From positions 53,147-117,146 of IMG/VR virus record IMGVR_UViG_3300033463_000041: a stretch of 64,000 nucleotides of DNA; one strand, 5' to 3'. Shown here piece after piece: positions 20,201-28,186 of this stretch. How positions within the stretch are numbered: the first letter of the stretch is position 1; the number at the start of each line of letters is the position of its first letter. This DNA is from a virus (taxonomy: Duplodnaviria > Caudoviricetes). The notes beneath the pieces are model-generated. The model worked only from the letters and a program-made list of their open reading frames with translations. It did no database searches and was not told the DNA's origin. The position numbers were made by a program, and so were the translations under genes.

Positions 20201-22621
20201 CTTGTCGTAAACGCCCCTCTGAATCAATCCACCGTTCTTGCCGGTAACGAGGCGGCTTACGATTTCGCGAGCCTCCTTATCGCTACCGATACCGTAGTCC
20301 TTCTTGAAGGCATCAATCAGGTCCTTAATCTGATTTTTGCCCTGCAGCGTAAAACGCCCGCCACCGACACCGCTTGGGTTGATGGCCTTGATTCTACCCA
20401 TCAGGTATTGCTGGGCCTGCTCTATGTTAGAAGCCTCCAGACCTGTGTCACCCTTCAGTTTGAGGGTTGACATCTTTCGCATTTCCTCCAATGCAGCCTT
20501 GGCTTCCTCTGCCGTCATCTTCATGGCCTGTGCCTCTTCCTTGGCGGCTTCGGCACCCTTCTTGGCGGCGTCGGCTCCCTTTTCATCAGAGGCGGTCAGG
20601 GCGTCGCGCTGTTTCTTCAGCGCCTCGATGGTGCTGGTCAGTGCGGCATTGTCTTGTGTGAGCTTCTCTACCTCCTGCTGTTCCTTCTTCGAGAGCTTCA
20701 CCTTTTTCTCGGTGGCCTCGTTCTGCTGCTCGGCAGCCTGTGCGGCTTTCTCAGAAGCGGCGGCAATCTTTTCTTTCTGTTCAGCCTCCTTCTGTTCCAG
20801 ATCGTTCAGTTCGCCCGTCAGCTTATTGATTCTCTCCGTCTGTCCGGCTTCGCGCTCACGGGCCTTTTCCAGATACGACTGAGCGGCCTCGATGCGTATC
20901 TGCTGGTCTTCCACGCCCTTCTTCTGTTCAACGGCCAGGAATCCCGTATGCTCGTCGAAACGCATGGTGGCGAATTTCTTCTGCACCACGTCGCTACGCT
21001 CCAGTGTGTGTATCAGCTTGCGGGCTTCCTCCTCCGTTATCTGGTAGTATTCGGCCAGCTGCTTGATAGGCTCTGCGGCCTGAGCGGGGATAAACTTATC
21101 CTCCGTCACGCCCTTTACCTTCTTGATAATCTCGTAGAATCGGTTGGCCACATCGAGCAGGTCATCCATCTGCTTCTTCTCGTCGCCAAGACCCATTGCA
21201 GTCAGACGGCCATCCTTGCTACCCTGCACACGCTTCAGGGTTTCTTCCCACTGGCTGATGCTGCCAGCACCCTTCTTGCTCTCGGCCTCTATCTGCTGAC
21301 GCTTCTCGGCAATGGCATCCTGAATGGCTTTCAGTCGGGCTTCCAGTGCCTTGACCTCCGAGTCATCCACCTTCGGTTTGATAGGCTCCTGGTTGATTTT
21401 CTTCTTGGCATCGTCCACACCGCTGGTATCAACCGTTGGCTTGACGGGCTGTTTGCTCAGGGTGTCAAGATCCTGCTCCAGTTTCTCGACCTCCTTCTCC
21501 AGACCGCTCACCTTTTCCTGCTGCTTACCAACCGCCTCGGCATGTTTCTCGGCTTTCTCAGCGGCTTTCTCAGCGGCTTTGGCTTCCTTGCCTTGCTCCT
21601 TCGTCAGCTCGTCAACCTGCTTTTTCAACTCGCCCACCTTGGCCTTCTGGTCGTCGTATGCCTTGATGGTGCGGTCTGCCTCGTCGCGTTTCTGCTCGGC
21701 ATCCTGCTTGGTGCTGCGGGCGTCGGCTATCTTCTGGTCGCGCTTCTTGATCACCTCGTCCAGATGCTCCTGCAGCTCTATCTCGTCGCGTATGTCGTCG
21801 AGTTCCTTGCTGCGCTGGGCCTTCTTGTCGCTGAGACCTTTCATGGTGCTCTCTATGCCCTCGCGCTCCTTCTTGGCAGCCTGCATGGCAGCCTCGCCGT
21901 CGGCATGGCGCAGATTGATGCTCTCCTGCGTCAGTGCGTTCGACAATCTGAGTGCGTCCTGCTCAGAAGCTATCTCGCCTTTTAGGCTACGCTCGGTAGC
22001 AGCTACCGTCTCCACGGCCTGTGCCACCTCGTTCATCTGTGCTTTCAGGTTGCGCCACTCCTCGCTATTGTAGACAGCCAGACGCGAAAGGTCTTCCAGC
22101 ACCTCCTTGGCACGGGTCAACTGTACGGTGCTGACGGAACTGCCGTCCTTCAGCGACTGCATCATCGTCACGATGTCCTCCTTGGCACGGGTCACGTTGC
22201 GGTCGGTGGCATCCATCAGGCGCTGCAACTGGTTCCAGTATTTGCTGCCTGTCTCCACGGTGCTCTGCACGAGCTTTGCAGCGTTATAGACAGACTTGTT
22301 GAACTTGGCCGACATCTGGTCAAGCGTACCTTGGTTGAACTCCTTAATACCCTTCGACAGCGTGTCGATACCCTTGGTATATTCGCGCATGCCTTTCTGC
22401 AAAGCCTCCCAGGTCTTGGTCTGCGCTTTCAGTCTGCCCTCGATGTCGGCAATGACTTTCGCAGGTGCTCCGGCAGCCTTGGCGTTAGCCAGCTCCTTGT
22501 CGAGCTTTTCCTTGGCTACGCGGGCGTCATCACACGCTACCTGCAGCGATTTCATTACTGGGTTCGCCTTGCCGGCGTTAGCCACAAAGTCAATGTGGAT
22601 AAGTTCGTGACGTGTTGCCAT
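11252..22621 (-). CDS. Tail tape measure protein (3789 aa)
   Basis: Long coiled-coil; TP901-type core (LSDKMGEVRKTT...DTRT..QLL..A..GQLG); hydrophobic Ala/Gly segments; internal ~100-aa repeats. Confidence 0.9.
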   Translation of the reverse strand: MATRHELIHIDFVANAGKANPVMKSLQVACDDARVAKEKLDKELANAKAAGAPAKVIADIEGRLKAQTKTWEALQKGMREYTKGIDTLSKGIKEFNQGTLDQMSAKFNKSVYNAAKLVQSTVETGSKYWNQLQRLMDATDRNVTRAKEDIVTMMQSLKDGSSVSTVQLTRAKEVLEDLSRLAVYNSEEWRNLKAQMNEVAQAVETVAATERSLKGEIASEQDALRLSNALTQESINLRHADGEAAMQAAKKEREGIESTMKGLSDKKAQRSKELDDIRDEIELQEHLDEVIKKRDQKIADARSTKQDAEQKRDEADRTIKAYDDQKAKVGELKKQVDELTKEQGKEAKAAEKAAEKAEKHAEAVGKQQEKVSGLEKEVEKLEQDLDTLSKQPVKPTVDTSGVDDAKKKINQEPIKPKVDDSEVKALEARLKAIQDAIAEKRQQIEAESKKGAGSISQWEETLKRVQGSKDGRLTAMGLGDEKKQMDDLLDVANRFYEIIKKVKGVTEDKFIPAQAAEPIKQLAEYYQITEEEARKLIHTLERSDVVQKKFATMRFDEHTGFLAVEQKKGVEDQQIRIEAAQSYLEKAREREAGQTERINKLTGELNDLEQKEAEQKEKIAAASEKAAQAAEQQNEATEKKVKLSKKEQQEVEKLTQDNAALTSTIEALKKQRDALTASDEKGADAAKKGAEAAKEEAQAMKMTAEEAKAALEEMRKMSTLKLKGDTGLEASNIEQAQQYLMGRIKAINPSGVGGGRFTLQGKNQIKDLIDAFKKDYGIGSDKEAREIVSRLVTGKNGGLIQRGVYDKEFGALQVTVDPEALKQRGARMLELTNISKGVTAATKEQTAADQAQEEEVKRLREAYRQEDETLRKRKEEYQKRLDKANAIGGPEEKDGKRTARGQALDDAETYRQRYVVKQEERTKAAWEEYQAVKSGTQATEANTKAKKDNVSVDQQKKQIDEQIAALEQQKAGNTERLTQLQEKGAKAAKKNAEATQEQTQAVKESADAEMTMEQLLKRREDLDSKLAAKKEQLRKAQEELEKMTKSETAAEKEQSDVTARLTQKQAEYNEELQKMGPMKEARDQATKDRRNAQRVINRSDETINTTMREVLPERKSEEEMTQMRKKAEDLQKEINDLTQAFDQNAQAITNLNRKETEAAIEMAQSENVSIEKVKQAIELLKKKIETEATDAKTMQERGDAINRLSERLTQMNAEVAKLSQPIADRLKVDDLGTLSETEIRQGIEAAKQLIQTYKSGSDEANQLAERIVKAEKHLKDTGIEAARTAQKQAEAQQLLAEKHKQMQDRMSALNRLSKEGLTETQRYWQAQMDGATRGSRAFKEAERNLKRINAEQEKQTQAQLEASANRLGRKNLRTLSGAELQESVNAAKQLLATMKPTNAAYTDLQNNIIRAEEHMKQYGLETARSAQQAAAQLQMMKDRMVDLSKLSDAGLEETRRYWQAQMDGAERTSQAYIDAKANMEAIVHEQQKLAAEQVKTDAQKIYGNKMLMSEGSIRNAIEAAKQYQQTLAATSPEYQRLKTAIVDAEEHIKKYGVEAERAARKEAQAIADAARKRQENDTMMRKQLYNTKDLSASALKAQEQYWQRLIDDPNTAAASLARYEKDLKRVRQLQEQAIKTEGQEAFNFFKDGKDENASANEIKKQADALKKYRDSLPQKDNADTIAKINEYLIKAGQSAEKAAQQAMSLRQAVTIGKQVRGGSFSGSTEELKQAKKVLEELQQRVEKGGRSWQKLQRDIDGINIELKRVNTISKEVQEVLDRPKGRSYNELKQAVEQGRLKLQSMDRTTKEGQKAFDELAKKIKACDLEMKTLGNSAKGTVSAFDKAWGRLKTYISLYVGAAVAMQKITSTMGDLMTLSDKMGEVRKTTHFTADEVGRLSDNLTKLDTRTPIEQLLSISARGGQLGLKAQEDIRGFTEAANQLMVALPEMGEESATELMKIAKATGDLKRNGDDVQETLERVGSTIIELRANSASTAPAITDFVKRVGAVGAQAGITIDQVAALGSTVDALGGRVEMSATALSRMIPAIRNNSFAVANAIGVTEKSLKDMFNSGRAMDAMVLIFQKMRESVQQYDTSTEKGMNAMADHVEEMLGKNATMQEVMKELNQQGARAGIVFGLLSQNVDELEKQLGIANNAYRQNTALLNEYNNMNETTAAKWERLKNSIEEWFVSDSAQRFLGRIIDGLRTLADWFASDGPLAVGFKLMLTYAAAMKLQIGAAFMGIGGGFKTLTTALMAGMAGIGTSLGVLGEKLGLVTARTRLARMEWKKMDLAMKQNVIGAIIAAIAMLAMKMWEWHKAAKEAAAEVGRFHQKMADEKKVLDSLFDPLNKSNLAQKERLDLIKQINDKYGRYLGYMLSETSSAIQLADAHSLIAKRIREEAYERRIAEKEKKIQEEYDEDLSADYGKIVSRVRSGAKSGTDVERIADSLKSLVDQNIEKIDKRWGGGIVLAPEFNNKLNGFLERLVADGELSKKSVSGVRSALITYMNDAKDQHNDIMSQTANMRSDLRGIQGAIKYDLANNINTLVSKVASTVGNAVRNIKQQQQNTPPMLQPQGGGSGVNIPNLFGGQQQGGWNAPWQQTRETTPEQQMAPAGWKPDIDKKNVEQVRQFVADQDALRSALQASGEQLDEAQRKVAESWLLSDEQLKEYRKIIQKADYSPGGKNANPYGDYNKVTSPYSEWNGDDLVARRKEMLERVKALANGADVQAVLSEDAKFISDAVRKNIKTTNDAIEWYNSERLKIQDALHAKHLTNTGDWLDPKAQRRASRVVRDEMKYYLDELDAYYTERKAKIQEAQNDEEISEAEARNRTIANEAEWRQRRAELQQLYAKKGAEVTKTEQQAIFNIISERTGETTSFIRQDIAQTVKFIEDVGKKSKAAMDRIYGNLDKDIEQDFLRQRNAIGQHMKAIQDIIDKERPFNGITKDLQTNLTTMGILTAHMSKERDELMAKNADMTKFNEKQAQEAFKEMTFLLGEAENAYSTTAEEVMQRAAEAGLTAWVEEMKQNPQMQEGLMAQLRSTFDTIQDAIKKEASQLKKEAEIMWNNILMPDGETTMKQAFDKTISTLGIEQGRVSRANSLIGAGQASERVVDKLAIKQMQVQMSMQKAYYDLMRKRGLAQVEILKQQSKELEAQGKLEEAKRKSQDAQHVQMALNLATTKEQTELLKLEEELTAKVEESQNRLYTELKEWGNLLSSSLQSIFEASNAGNADYYNERAKMDLTGKGGPGAGTYVVIDNAGTSDAQAHYEYLDERQALEREHEIEQQNAQAEAWSKAMDDINMKMSESITDWMNAFLQSQSVDLNTAALGANTAAINALTSAMGGVPATEGSGDMGVGEDGVPNSIRRPEENNGGEAPTYKAPWQMTDEDIVKGQENMGLMWQSYTEQGTEAMMQMQENLAETPGITPPWQMTEESMQAGMENMQNAYQGMVDASNKATGQVLANQSKIQQGENQTDKKISSGAQSAFAKMTAAANLYGIAYQAMSNDNLSTAQKFEMIAVQAAGQAAISALTASLAQNTGQVAADTPAVASKAFAQLGPIGGAAAFAAITAILGGLVGLAVSKIAKSKSQIAQVTGASVGAGRMATGMLTYGEGNVNEFTDPSTLTPGRQYNVDSADGKTYRARYMGKNAKTHITNGPEFHLVGEKGREAIIDAHTTRQLQMDDNGIWQSIQTLYNGGRLPARRRTVGRGGIRAFAEGNLDEFEEVESTLGGGDTSMSMEQVISLKESIDRQSDLLEDLRTNGIKATFDVYGKGGLVDSYDTGKKNVTRHGERY

Positions 22622-22655
22622 ATATCTTGTATTCTGTGTTGGTTTCTAATGATGG

Positions 22656-23219
22656 TTATCTGTCAAATCTGCCGCGACGCTGCCGTCTGAAGAGGGCGCG
22701 GTTCACGGCATCGTGGGCATCCTGATTGTCGCCCATAGCGTAAACCATGAACATGGTTCCGGCAAAGGAGAACTCCCTGCGGGCCACCGATGCAAACTTA
22801 GCGGCCTGCGTGCGCATCTCCGTCACCACGAAGGGCTTACCCCTGCGTTTACGTGTCGGCACGGGAATAGGCTGCCAATACGGTTGTGGGATGTTGGGCA
22901 CCGGACTGTCGTAGGGCTCATTCTTGCCTACGGCCAGTTCTACGAACCTCGAATAGTACAGGTACTTGGCAGCAAACACCTGTGTGTCGCCACCGCTCGT
23001 CGCCCATGTCTTCCACCACAGCGAGCGCTTCATGGCACCGGTACGCACGGCATTCAGTCGCTCCACGTTCTCCTCGGTGTTCTCGCGGCTGATGCGCTCG
23101 AAGTTGTTGATCCACGCCATGATGCGTTCGTCGCGCCAGTCCCATTCCCAGCGTTTCACCTTGTCGCCATACTTGTCGCTGGCCCAGCCCTTCTCCTGTA
23201 CTTCCGAAATCAGTGCCAT
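22656..23219 (-). CDS. Putative tail completion protein (HK97 gp10-like position and motifs)
   Basis: RTGAMKRSL, YSRFVELAVG, RRGKPF; immediately upstream of the tape measure. Confidence 0.45.
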   Translation of the reverse strand: MALISEVQEKGWASDKYGDKVKRWEWDWRDERIMAWINNFERISRENTEENVERLNAVRTGAMKRSLWWKTWATSGGDTQVFAAKYLYYSRFVELAVGKNEPYDSPVPNIPQPYWQPIPVPTRKRRGKPFVVTEMRTQAAKFASVARREFSFAGTMFMVYAMGDNQDAHDAVNRALFRRQRRGRFDR

Positions 23220-23223
23220 AGTC

Positions 23224-23733
23224 TTACTCGTCTTCGTCTGTGCTGACTTGTGGCATCTTGTCCATCAGCCTTACCGTCACCGTTGCCAGGCAGTGTTGCC
23301 AGCGACGTTTCAGTTCCCCGCCGTGACGTTCTATCACGTCGAGTCGCTTATACAGTTCAGCTTCCAGAAGTCCTAAAGACCCGGGGCCTTCCTTGGGCAG
23401 GTCGTGCTTCTTCAACTCCTGTTCGCAGAAGGCGAGGAAACGCTGTGTGCGCAGGTTGGCTGATTCACGCGCCTTGCGGATGCGCTCCGCCAGCTGCTTG
23501 TAGTAAGCGGCATCGTGGGGGGCATCCTTCTTGTTGCCGTTATCCACCGATTCCGTGGTACCGTTGTTTCTACTCACACCCTTTATTTCTGCCATCTTCT
23601 CCAGCAGCGCCATTGCTGCCAGCTCTGCATCGTCAGGCTCCTGTGTCATGGGTGCAGGGGCAACGTCCTCTACTCTCAGCGGCTTCGGCTCCTGCTTCTG
23701 CTTCTTGTGGAATATGTTCTTTAATGATTTCAT
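23224..23733 (-). CDS. Hypothetical protein
   Basis: 169 aa, overlaps portal stop. Confidence 0.6.
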   Translation of the reverse strand: MKSLKNIFHKKQKQEPKPLRVEDVAPAPMTQEPDDAELAAMALLEKMAEIKGVSRNNGTTESVDNGNKKDAPHDAAYYKQLAERIRKARESANLRTQRFLAFCEQELKKHDLPKEGPGSLGLLEAELYKRLDVIERHGGELKRRWQHCLATVTVRLMDKMPQVSTDEDE

Positions 23734-25496
23734 GATTCTCCTCCTGCTATGGTTTCTACTGTACCAGTCTTACTGTTATCAAGTGTTGTCAGAGTTTGCT
23801 GCTTAATAATCCACTCTGCGTTATACCATGAGTTGAAGGTGCTGATAGCCTGCAGGAACGACAGGTAGCCGCGCTGCTTTACGTTCAGCTGCTGCTGCTT
23901 CAACAGGTGCATCTCACGCAGGGCTGTACCACCGTTGGAACTATGCACCATTGGCACACCAACGAGACGTGGATCAACACCCAGAGCAAGGAATATCGGG
24001 CTGGTAGCCAGTTCCAACTCTTCCTTTCCGGCGGTGGTGACATCTTTGGACGTCTCGGCCACGTCAACGATTTCGACATTATGGTGATCCTTGCCGTCCT
24101 GACCCTGCCACATCCACTGACGCATCATCTTTCCGTGATTCTCGCGGTGCTTCAGGAAGTCCTCCATCGACGCTTCCAAATCGTCGATAAATTTCTGCTG
24201 CTTTTCGGGGTTTCCTTGGTAGCCTTCGTCGGCAAAGACGGACTCCAAGTAGTCAAGACTTATATATAGGATTTTTCCCCACGACGTGATATTCTCACGC
24301 TGTTTGGCCTTGTCGTAGGCAATGGTGCTGGCAAAATCGTAGAACTTGGCAAGGAATATACTCCACCATGCAGGCTGCTGGTAGTAGAATTTGTTGCCAT
24401 AGAACGTCGGGCATACTATCCACGTCGGGCGATCCTTGATGCGTCCGCGCTGATGCGACTCCACTTGATAGCGCAGTTCGCCGACACGTCCTTGCGGCAT
24501 AGCGACGGGGTACATCACAATCTTCTGGTCAGAGGCTTTAACAGTCTTCAGGCCGGTCATGCCCTTTGTTCTCCAACGGTCGCTGAAATAAATATTCTGG
24601 ATGTATCTGTATTCATTGGCTGCCTCGTAACGGACACCGCTTATGATAGGCAAGATACCAAGACGCACAATCTTCGGATTCCACGGACCGCGACGTCCGC
24701 GCTCCAGTCCGACGGTCGGGAAGTAGAGGTCGAACATTACGTCATCCTGCATACACTGCGAACAGTGCAGCGACAGGTCGTTGTTCTCCAGAAACTCACG
24801 GGCGCCGGGAATGTGTTTCTTGTCGCCCATTGCGTCATCTTCGTCGTAACCCTCCCACGTGCGTTTCCATTGCTCGTAGGCTTCACGGGCACGCTTCAGC
24901 TTGGCATTCTCCTTGGGCGCACCAGTCTTGATGCCGATATTGCCAAGTAGCTCATCGGCTTCTTCAAGTGGCGTCTTCCCCTGTTCTTCCAGTGCTTCCA
25001 ATTCATCCAGCAGACGTGCCCCTGCATCGCGGTACTCCACCAGCTCACCGTTTGGGAAACGGTACATCAGTCGTGGACCGAGGCCAGTAGCGAGGTCGGC
25101 CAGATAGCGCAGAGGTGACGCAGTATAAGGCAAAGCCTTTGCAAGGCTGTATATTTGCGCAGGTATATTGTCGCCAGGTCCCCAGGGTATAAATCCGCGA
25201 CCAAGCGATTCTCCATCTTCGCCGGCAACGGGTGTCGGCTTAGTGTTACGGCTGTCGAAACTCCATGCCAAATTTGAAATAGGGCCGTTGCTTAGCGCAC
25301 CGGAACCCATGCCTATAGCCATGTTCTTTGCTTCCTTGTCAGACGGATCCTTGTCGCCCAGCGAGAAATTATGCACGCCGCCCAACTTAATGGCATCAAG
25401 CGACATAAACCCTTTCTTTCGCATTTCACGGTCTACACGCTCATAATCGGCCTTTGTCTTCGGGCGATGAACTTTGATAGAAGATTTATTTCCCAT
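23730..25496 (-). CDS. Portal protein
   Basis: IPWGPGDNIP, YYQQPAW, ALGVDPRLVG..SNGGTALRE, TLTTLD motifs; follows terminase. Confidence 0.8.
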   Translation of the reverse strand: MGNKSSIKVHRPKTKADYERVDREMRKKGFMSLDAIKLGGVHNFSLGDKDPSDKEAKNMAIGMGSGALSNGPISNLAWSFDSRNTKPTPVAGEDGESLGRGFIPWGPGDNIPAQIYSLAKALPYTASPLRYLADLATGLGPRLMYRFPNGELVEYRDAGARLLDELEALEEQGKTPLEEADELLGNIGIKTGAPKENAKLKRAREAYEQWKRTWEGYDEDDAMGDKKHIPGAREFLENNDLSLHCSQCMQDDVMFDLYFPTVGLERGRRGPWNPKIVRLGILPIISGVRYEAANEYRYIQNIYFSDRWRTKGMTGLKTVKASDQKIVMYPVAMPQGRVGELRYQVESHQRGRIKDRPTWIVCPTFYGNKFYYQQPAWWSIFLAKFYDFASTIAYDKAKQRENITSWGKILYISLDYLESVFADEGYQGNPEKQQKFIDDLEASMEDFLKHRENHGKMMRQWMWQGQDGKDHHNVEIVDVAETSKDVTTAGKEELELATSPIFLALGVDPRLVGVPMVHSSNGGTALREMHLLKQQQLNVKQRGYLSFLQAISTFNSWYNAEWIIKQQTLTTLDNSKTGTVETIAGGES

Positions 25497-25520
25497 AAAA
25501 TCAAACGTTTAATTTTACGG

Positions 25521-25556
25521 GAAAGATACTATGTATCAATCTCGAAGTCAAGGGCA
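25521..25556 (-). promoter_or_regulatory. Putative late promoter (portal-tape measure-glycosyltransferase operon)
   Basis: TGCCCTTGAC-N18-TATCTTTC. Confidence 0.65.
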
Positions 25557-25595
25557 TTTAAAAGTACACAAAAGGGACGGTTCTTTTTGTGTACT

Positions 25596-27515
25596 TTAAT
25601 GCGGGATAATCAGGTTATGATACCTGCCTCTCAGTCTGCCACCAATCGTTTTGTTGCCGTTGGTAAAGAAGCGGCAGCCTATGAGCAGCGTATCAAAAGC
25701 GTCCGTTACGTCCGTTCTGGTTCTGGGGTCAATGCTACCCTCCGTACCTTCGCCTTTTGCATGTAGCTTTTCACCACCCTTATACTTGCGTATGCCGTTC
25801 GGCCCCTGTTCGCAAGCACAGTTCTCAATGGCTGTTATCAAGTATTCGTTACGGTCTTCATCGGCGTTGATGCGAACGGCAGGGCCTTGCTGGAAACTGA
25901 ATACATCACAGATAAACTGGAACTTCTGGTTATGCTTCATGGGAGATCCGATATCAACGGGTGTTACGCTGGCACGGGCGCGCCTCAGTTCCTCGATAAC
26001 TACATCATTGAAGTTTTGCGCCTTGGCTCCCTCTACAGCGTATGCCAGTGAGGCGCCTTGCTTTGCCGTACTGTCATAGTAGTAAATGAAGTCGCCGCCA
26101 CGATCAATGAACGGACGGTAGTAGCGGCACATATTGCGTATCAGAGCACGTATCTTCTGCTCGTTCATGGTGAACATACTTTTGAGCACCATCAGAGTCT
26201 CACGGCCTTCAAACTTACGAAGCTGTCCGATAACCACGCAATTCAGGTTGGCATTGTAGTCTAAAGCTATCCTGATGGGAAGATCATAGTCGATGTCTAA
26301 ATCCAGGCTGCAATCGTTCACCAGCGACGTGCGTGTCAGGTCGATGGCGTCATACTCCACGGCGGTGGGGTTGTTGGCCTGGTCTAAAGCTGTGCGGCTG
26401 TAGCGGGTCGTATAGTCAGACAGCAGTTTATCCATCACGGCGAGGTCGCTCTGATGGTAAGTATGCAGTTCCGAATCGTAGTTGCAGTAATATCCATCAC
26501 GTGCCAATCCTTTGCGTTGGCCAAGAATCTGAATATTGTACATCAATGGGGGTAAGGTTCGACGCATAGTTCTGAACCATTCTTCTCCCAATATCTCAAT
26601 ATTGCTCAAACTGCTGAAACGGAAAAAAATCTTGCTCTTGCAGCGCAATTCATTGATACGTTTCAAGAATCCGTCTACGTGCCACAATTCAGGCATCTCG
26701 TCGGCTTCGGCCAGCATCAGGTCTATCTCGTGGTTGATGTCGTCGGTCTGCGTCTGCTCCTCCTGCTCCCAGAGCGCCTGCTTCTGCGTGATGGACGGGT
26801 CGCTGACAAAGAACTTCGAGAGGTATAGCGGGTTATAGTCCACGTTGTAGCCGAAGGTATATTTGGCGGTATTGCGAAAACCGTCGCCCATCAGTCCGCT
26901 GCCCTTGGAGATCAGTTCGGGTCGGATAGCAGGAAACAACTCTTCCTTCATCTTCAGGAACGGCAGGTAGCGCGTCTCGTCGGCAGCTGCGCTGGAGAGT
27001 GTCATACCATTAACACTGGCGCGTACTGCCATTGATATGGAGTACCAGCACGCACCTGTGTTAAAGATGGTTACGTTTTCCCAAGAGCGGGGCTTGCTCA
27101 GAGGCAACGGCCAGTGGAGCTTGGCAGGCGGTCGCTGTCGCATGAAGTCACGACCTTCTACGAGACCCATCATCTCCAGTCCCTTCACCACGGCAGGCCA
27201 TGTCTTGATGTAGAGCTGCTTGATGCTGCAGCCCAGGAATACGTTACTGCTACGTGGAATGCGCAGAGAGGTTTCTTTTACGTGCTCGGCAATGTCGGTG
27301 GTCTTACCCGTACCGCGCCCTGCCACCTCGTAAGTCTCACGGCAACGGTAGCGACGGCGCTTTGACTGTGCCTCGTTCTCGTAGATATACCGCTGGTTAG
27401 GCAACTCCTTCTCTTCTCGCTCTTCCTCGTCGGCATCGCCTGTCGGTTCTGCCAATGGGAGCATACGACCCAGAGCCGCGTCGCTGTCGTTGTCTGAAAA
27501 GCCTACCCTACTCAT
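25596..27515 (-). CDS. terL: Terminase large subunit
   Basis: Walker A VAGRGTGKT, Walker B AAADE, nuclease IALDYNANLN, YYDST, TDVTDAFD. Confidence 0.85.
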   Translation of the reverse strand: MSRVGFSDNDSDAALGRMLPLAEPTGDADEEEREEKELPNQRYIYENEAQSKRRRYRCRETYEVAGRGTGKTTDIAEHVKETSLRIPRSSNVFLGCSIKQLYIKTWPAVVKGLEMMGLVEGRDFMRQRPPAKLHWPLPLSKPRSWENVTIFNTGACWYSISMAVRASVNGMTLSSAAADETRYLPFLKMKEELFPAIRPELISKGSGLMGDGFRNTAKYTFGYNVDYNPLYLSKFFVSDPSITQKQALWEQEEQTQTDDINHEIDLMLAEADEMPELWHVDGFLKRINELRCKSKIFFRFSSLSNIEILGEEWFRTMRRTLPPLMYNIQILGQRKGLARDGYYCNYDSELHTYHQSDLAVMDKLLSDYTTRYSRTALDQANNPTAVEYDAIDLTRTSLVNDCSLDLDIDYDLPIRIALDYNANLNCVVIGQLRKFEGRETLMVLKSMFTMNEQKIRALIRNMCRYYRPFIDRGGDFIYYYDSTAKQGASLAYAVEGAKAQNFNDVVIEELRRARASVTPVDIGSPMKHNQKFQFICDVFSFQQGPAVRINADEDRNEYLITAIENCACEQGPNGIRKYKGGEKLHAKGEGTEGSIDPRTRTDVTDAFDTLLIGCRFFTNGNKTIGGRLRGRYHNLIIPH

Positions 27516-28183
27516 TATTCTTCCTCCTCTTTCATTTCCTGTGCTGCAGGTTGCTGTGATTCTCCGATGGCCTTTCCGTCCTTGTCAACAACAAGTCCGT
27601 GCTCGTCAATATGTGCGCCCCACTTTGTAGCCAGTTCCAAACGGCGTTCTGCACTGACGCGCTTTCTGGTCGGGTCTACCTTCGTCACGTCGGTAGTCGG
27701 AATCAATTCGGTATAGGAAGCCTCGCTGATGCGGTTCGGGTCTTCCTCCTCGCGGTCAAGTCCACCGTATTTGTACTGTTGTTTAAGGCCCATGTCAACA
27801 ATGGTCATATTGCCCGTGTCAAAGCCAGTGGAGATCATACGCTCTGCGGTACGGATGCCACGATACTGTAGCGTCTTGCGCGACGGCAGTTTCAAGAAGT
27901 GTTCCTGAATCCATTCAAACCACTCAGCATCCTTCTTTGCAGCCGTCAGCAGGTCGCCTCTATCCTTGTATTTCTTGTCATCAGCCTTTAGCATCGAACG
28001 TGCCAACTCCAATGGATTGACGTATGGGTTCTGTAGCCATGCCATGTAGATGGCCTTCACCCGCGTCAGCCTTGCCTTCTGAGGTTTGGTAATGTCAAGG
28101 TCAACAATAGGCACGTCGGCCTCGAAGTGGAGCGTAATACCCCGCTTCACCTCGTCTGGTATGTTGTACACGAAGTTTGCCAT
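27515..28183 (-). CDS. Putative terminase small subunit
   Basis: 222-aa helical ORF translationally coupled to the start of TerL. Confidence 0.5.
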   Translation of the reverse strand: MANFVYNIPDEVKRGITLHFEADVPIVDLDITKPQKARLTRVKAIYMAWLQNPYVNPLELARSMLKADDKKYKDRGDLLTAAKKDAEWFEWIQEHFLKLPSRKTLQYRGIRTAERMISTGFDTGNMTIVDMGLKQQYKYGGLDREEEDPNRISEASYTELIPTTDVTKVDPTRKRVSAERRLELATKWGAHIDEHGLVVDKDGKAIGESQQPAAQEMKEEEE

Positions 28184-28186
28184 AGT

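Noticed and set aside
12389-22073. Long plus-strand ORFs (657, 641, 443 aa) opposite the tape measure
   Set aside because: Leu-rich antisense mirrors of Lys/Glu/Gln codons; not credible proteins
22656-23733. Tail-assembly-chaperone programmed frameshift upstream of the tape measure
   Set aside because: No convincing slippery heptamer near the end of ORF 23224-23733; the two ORFs have independent starts
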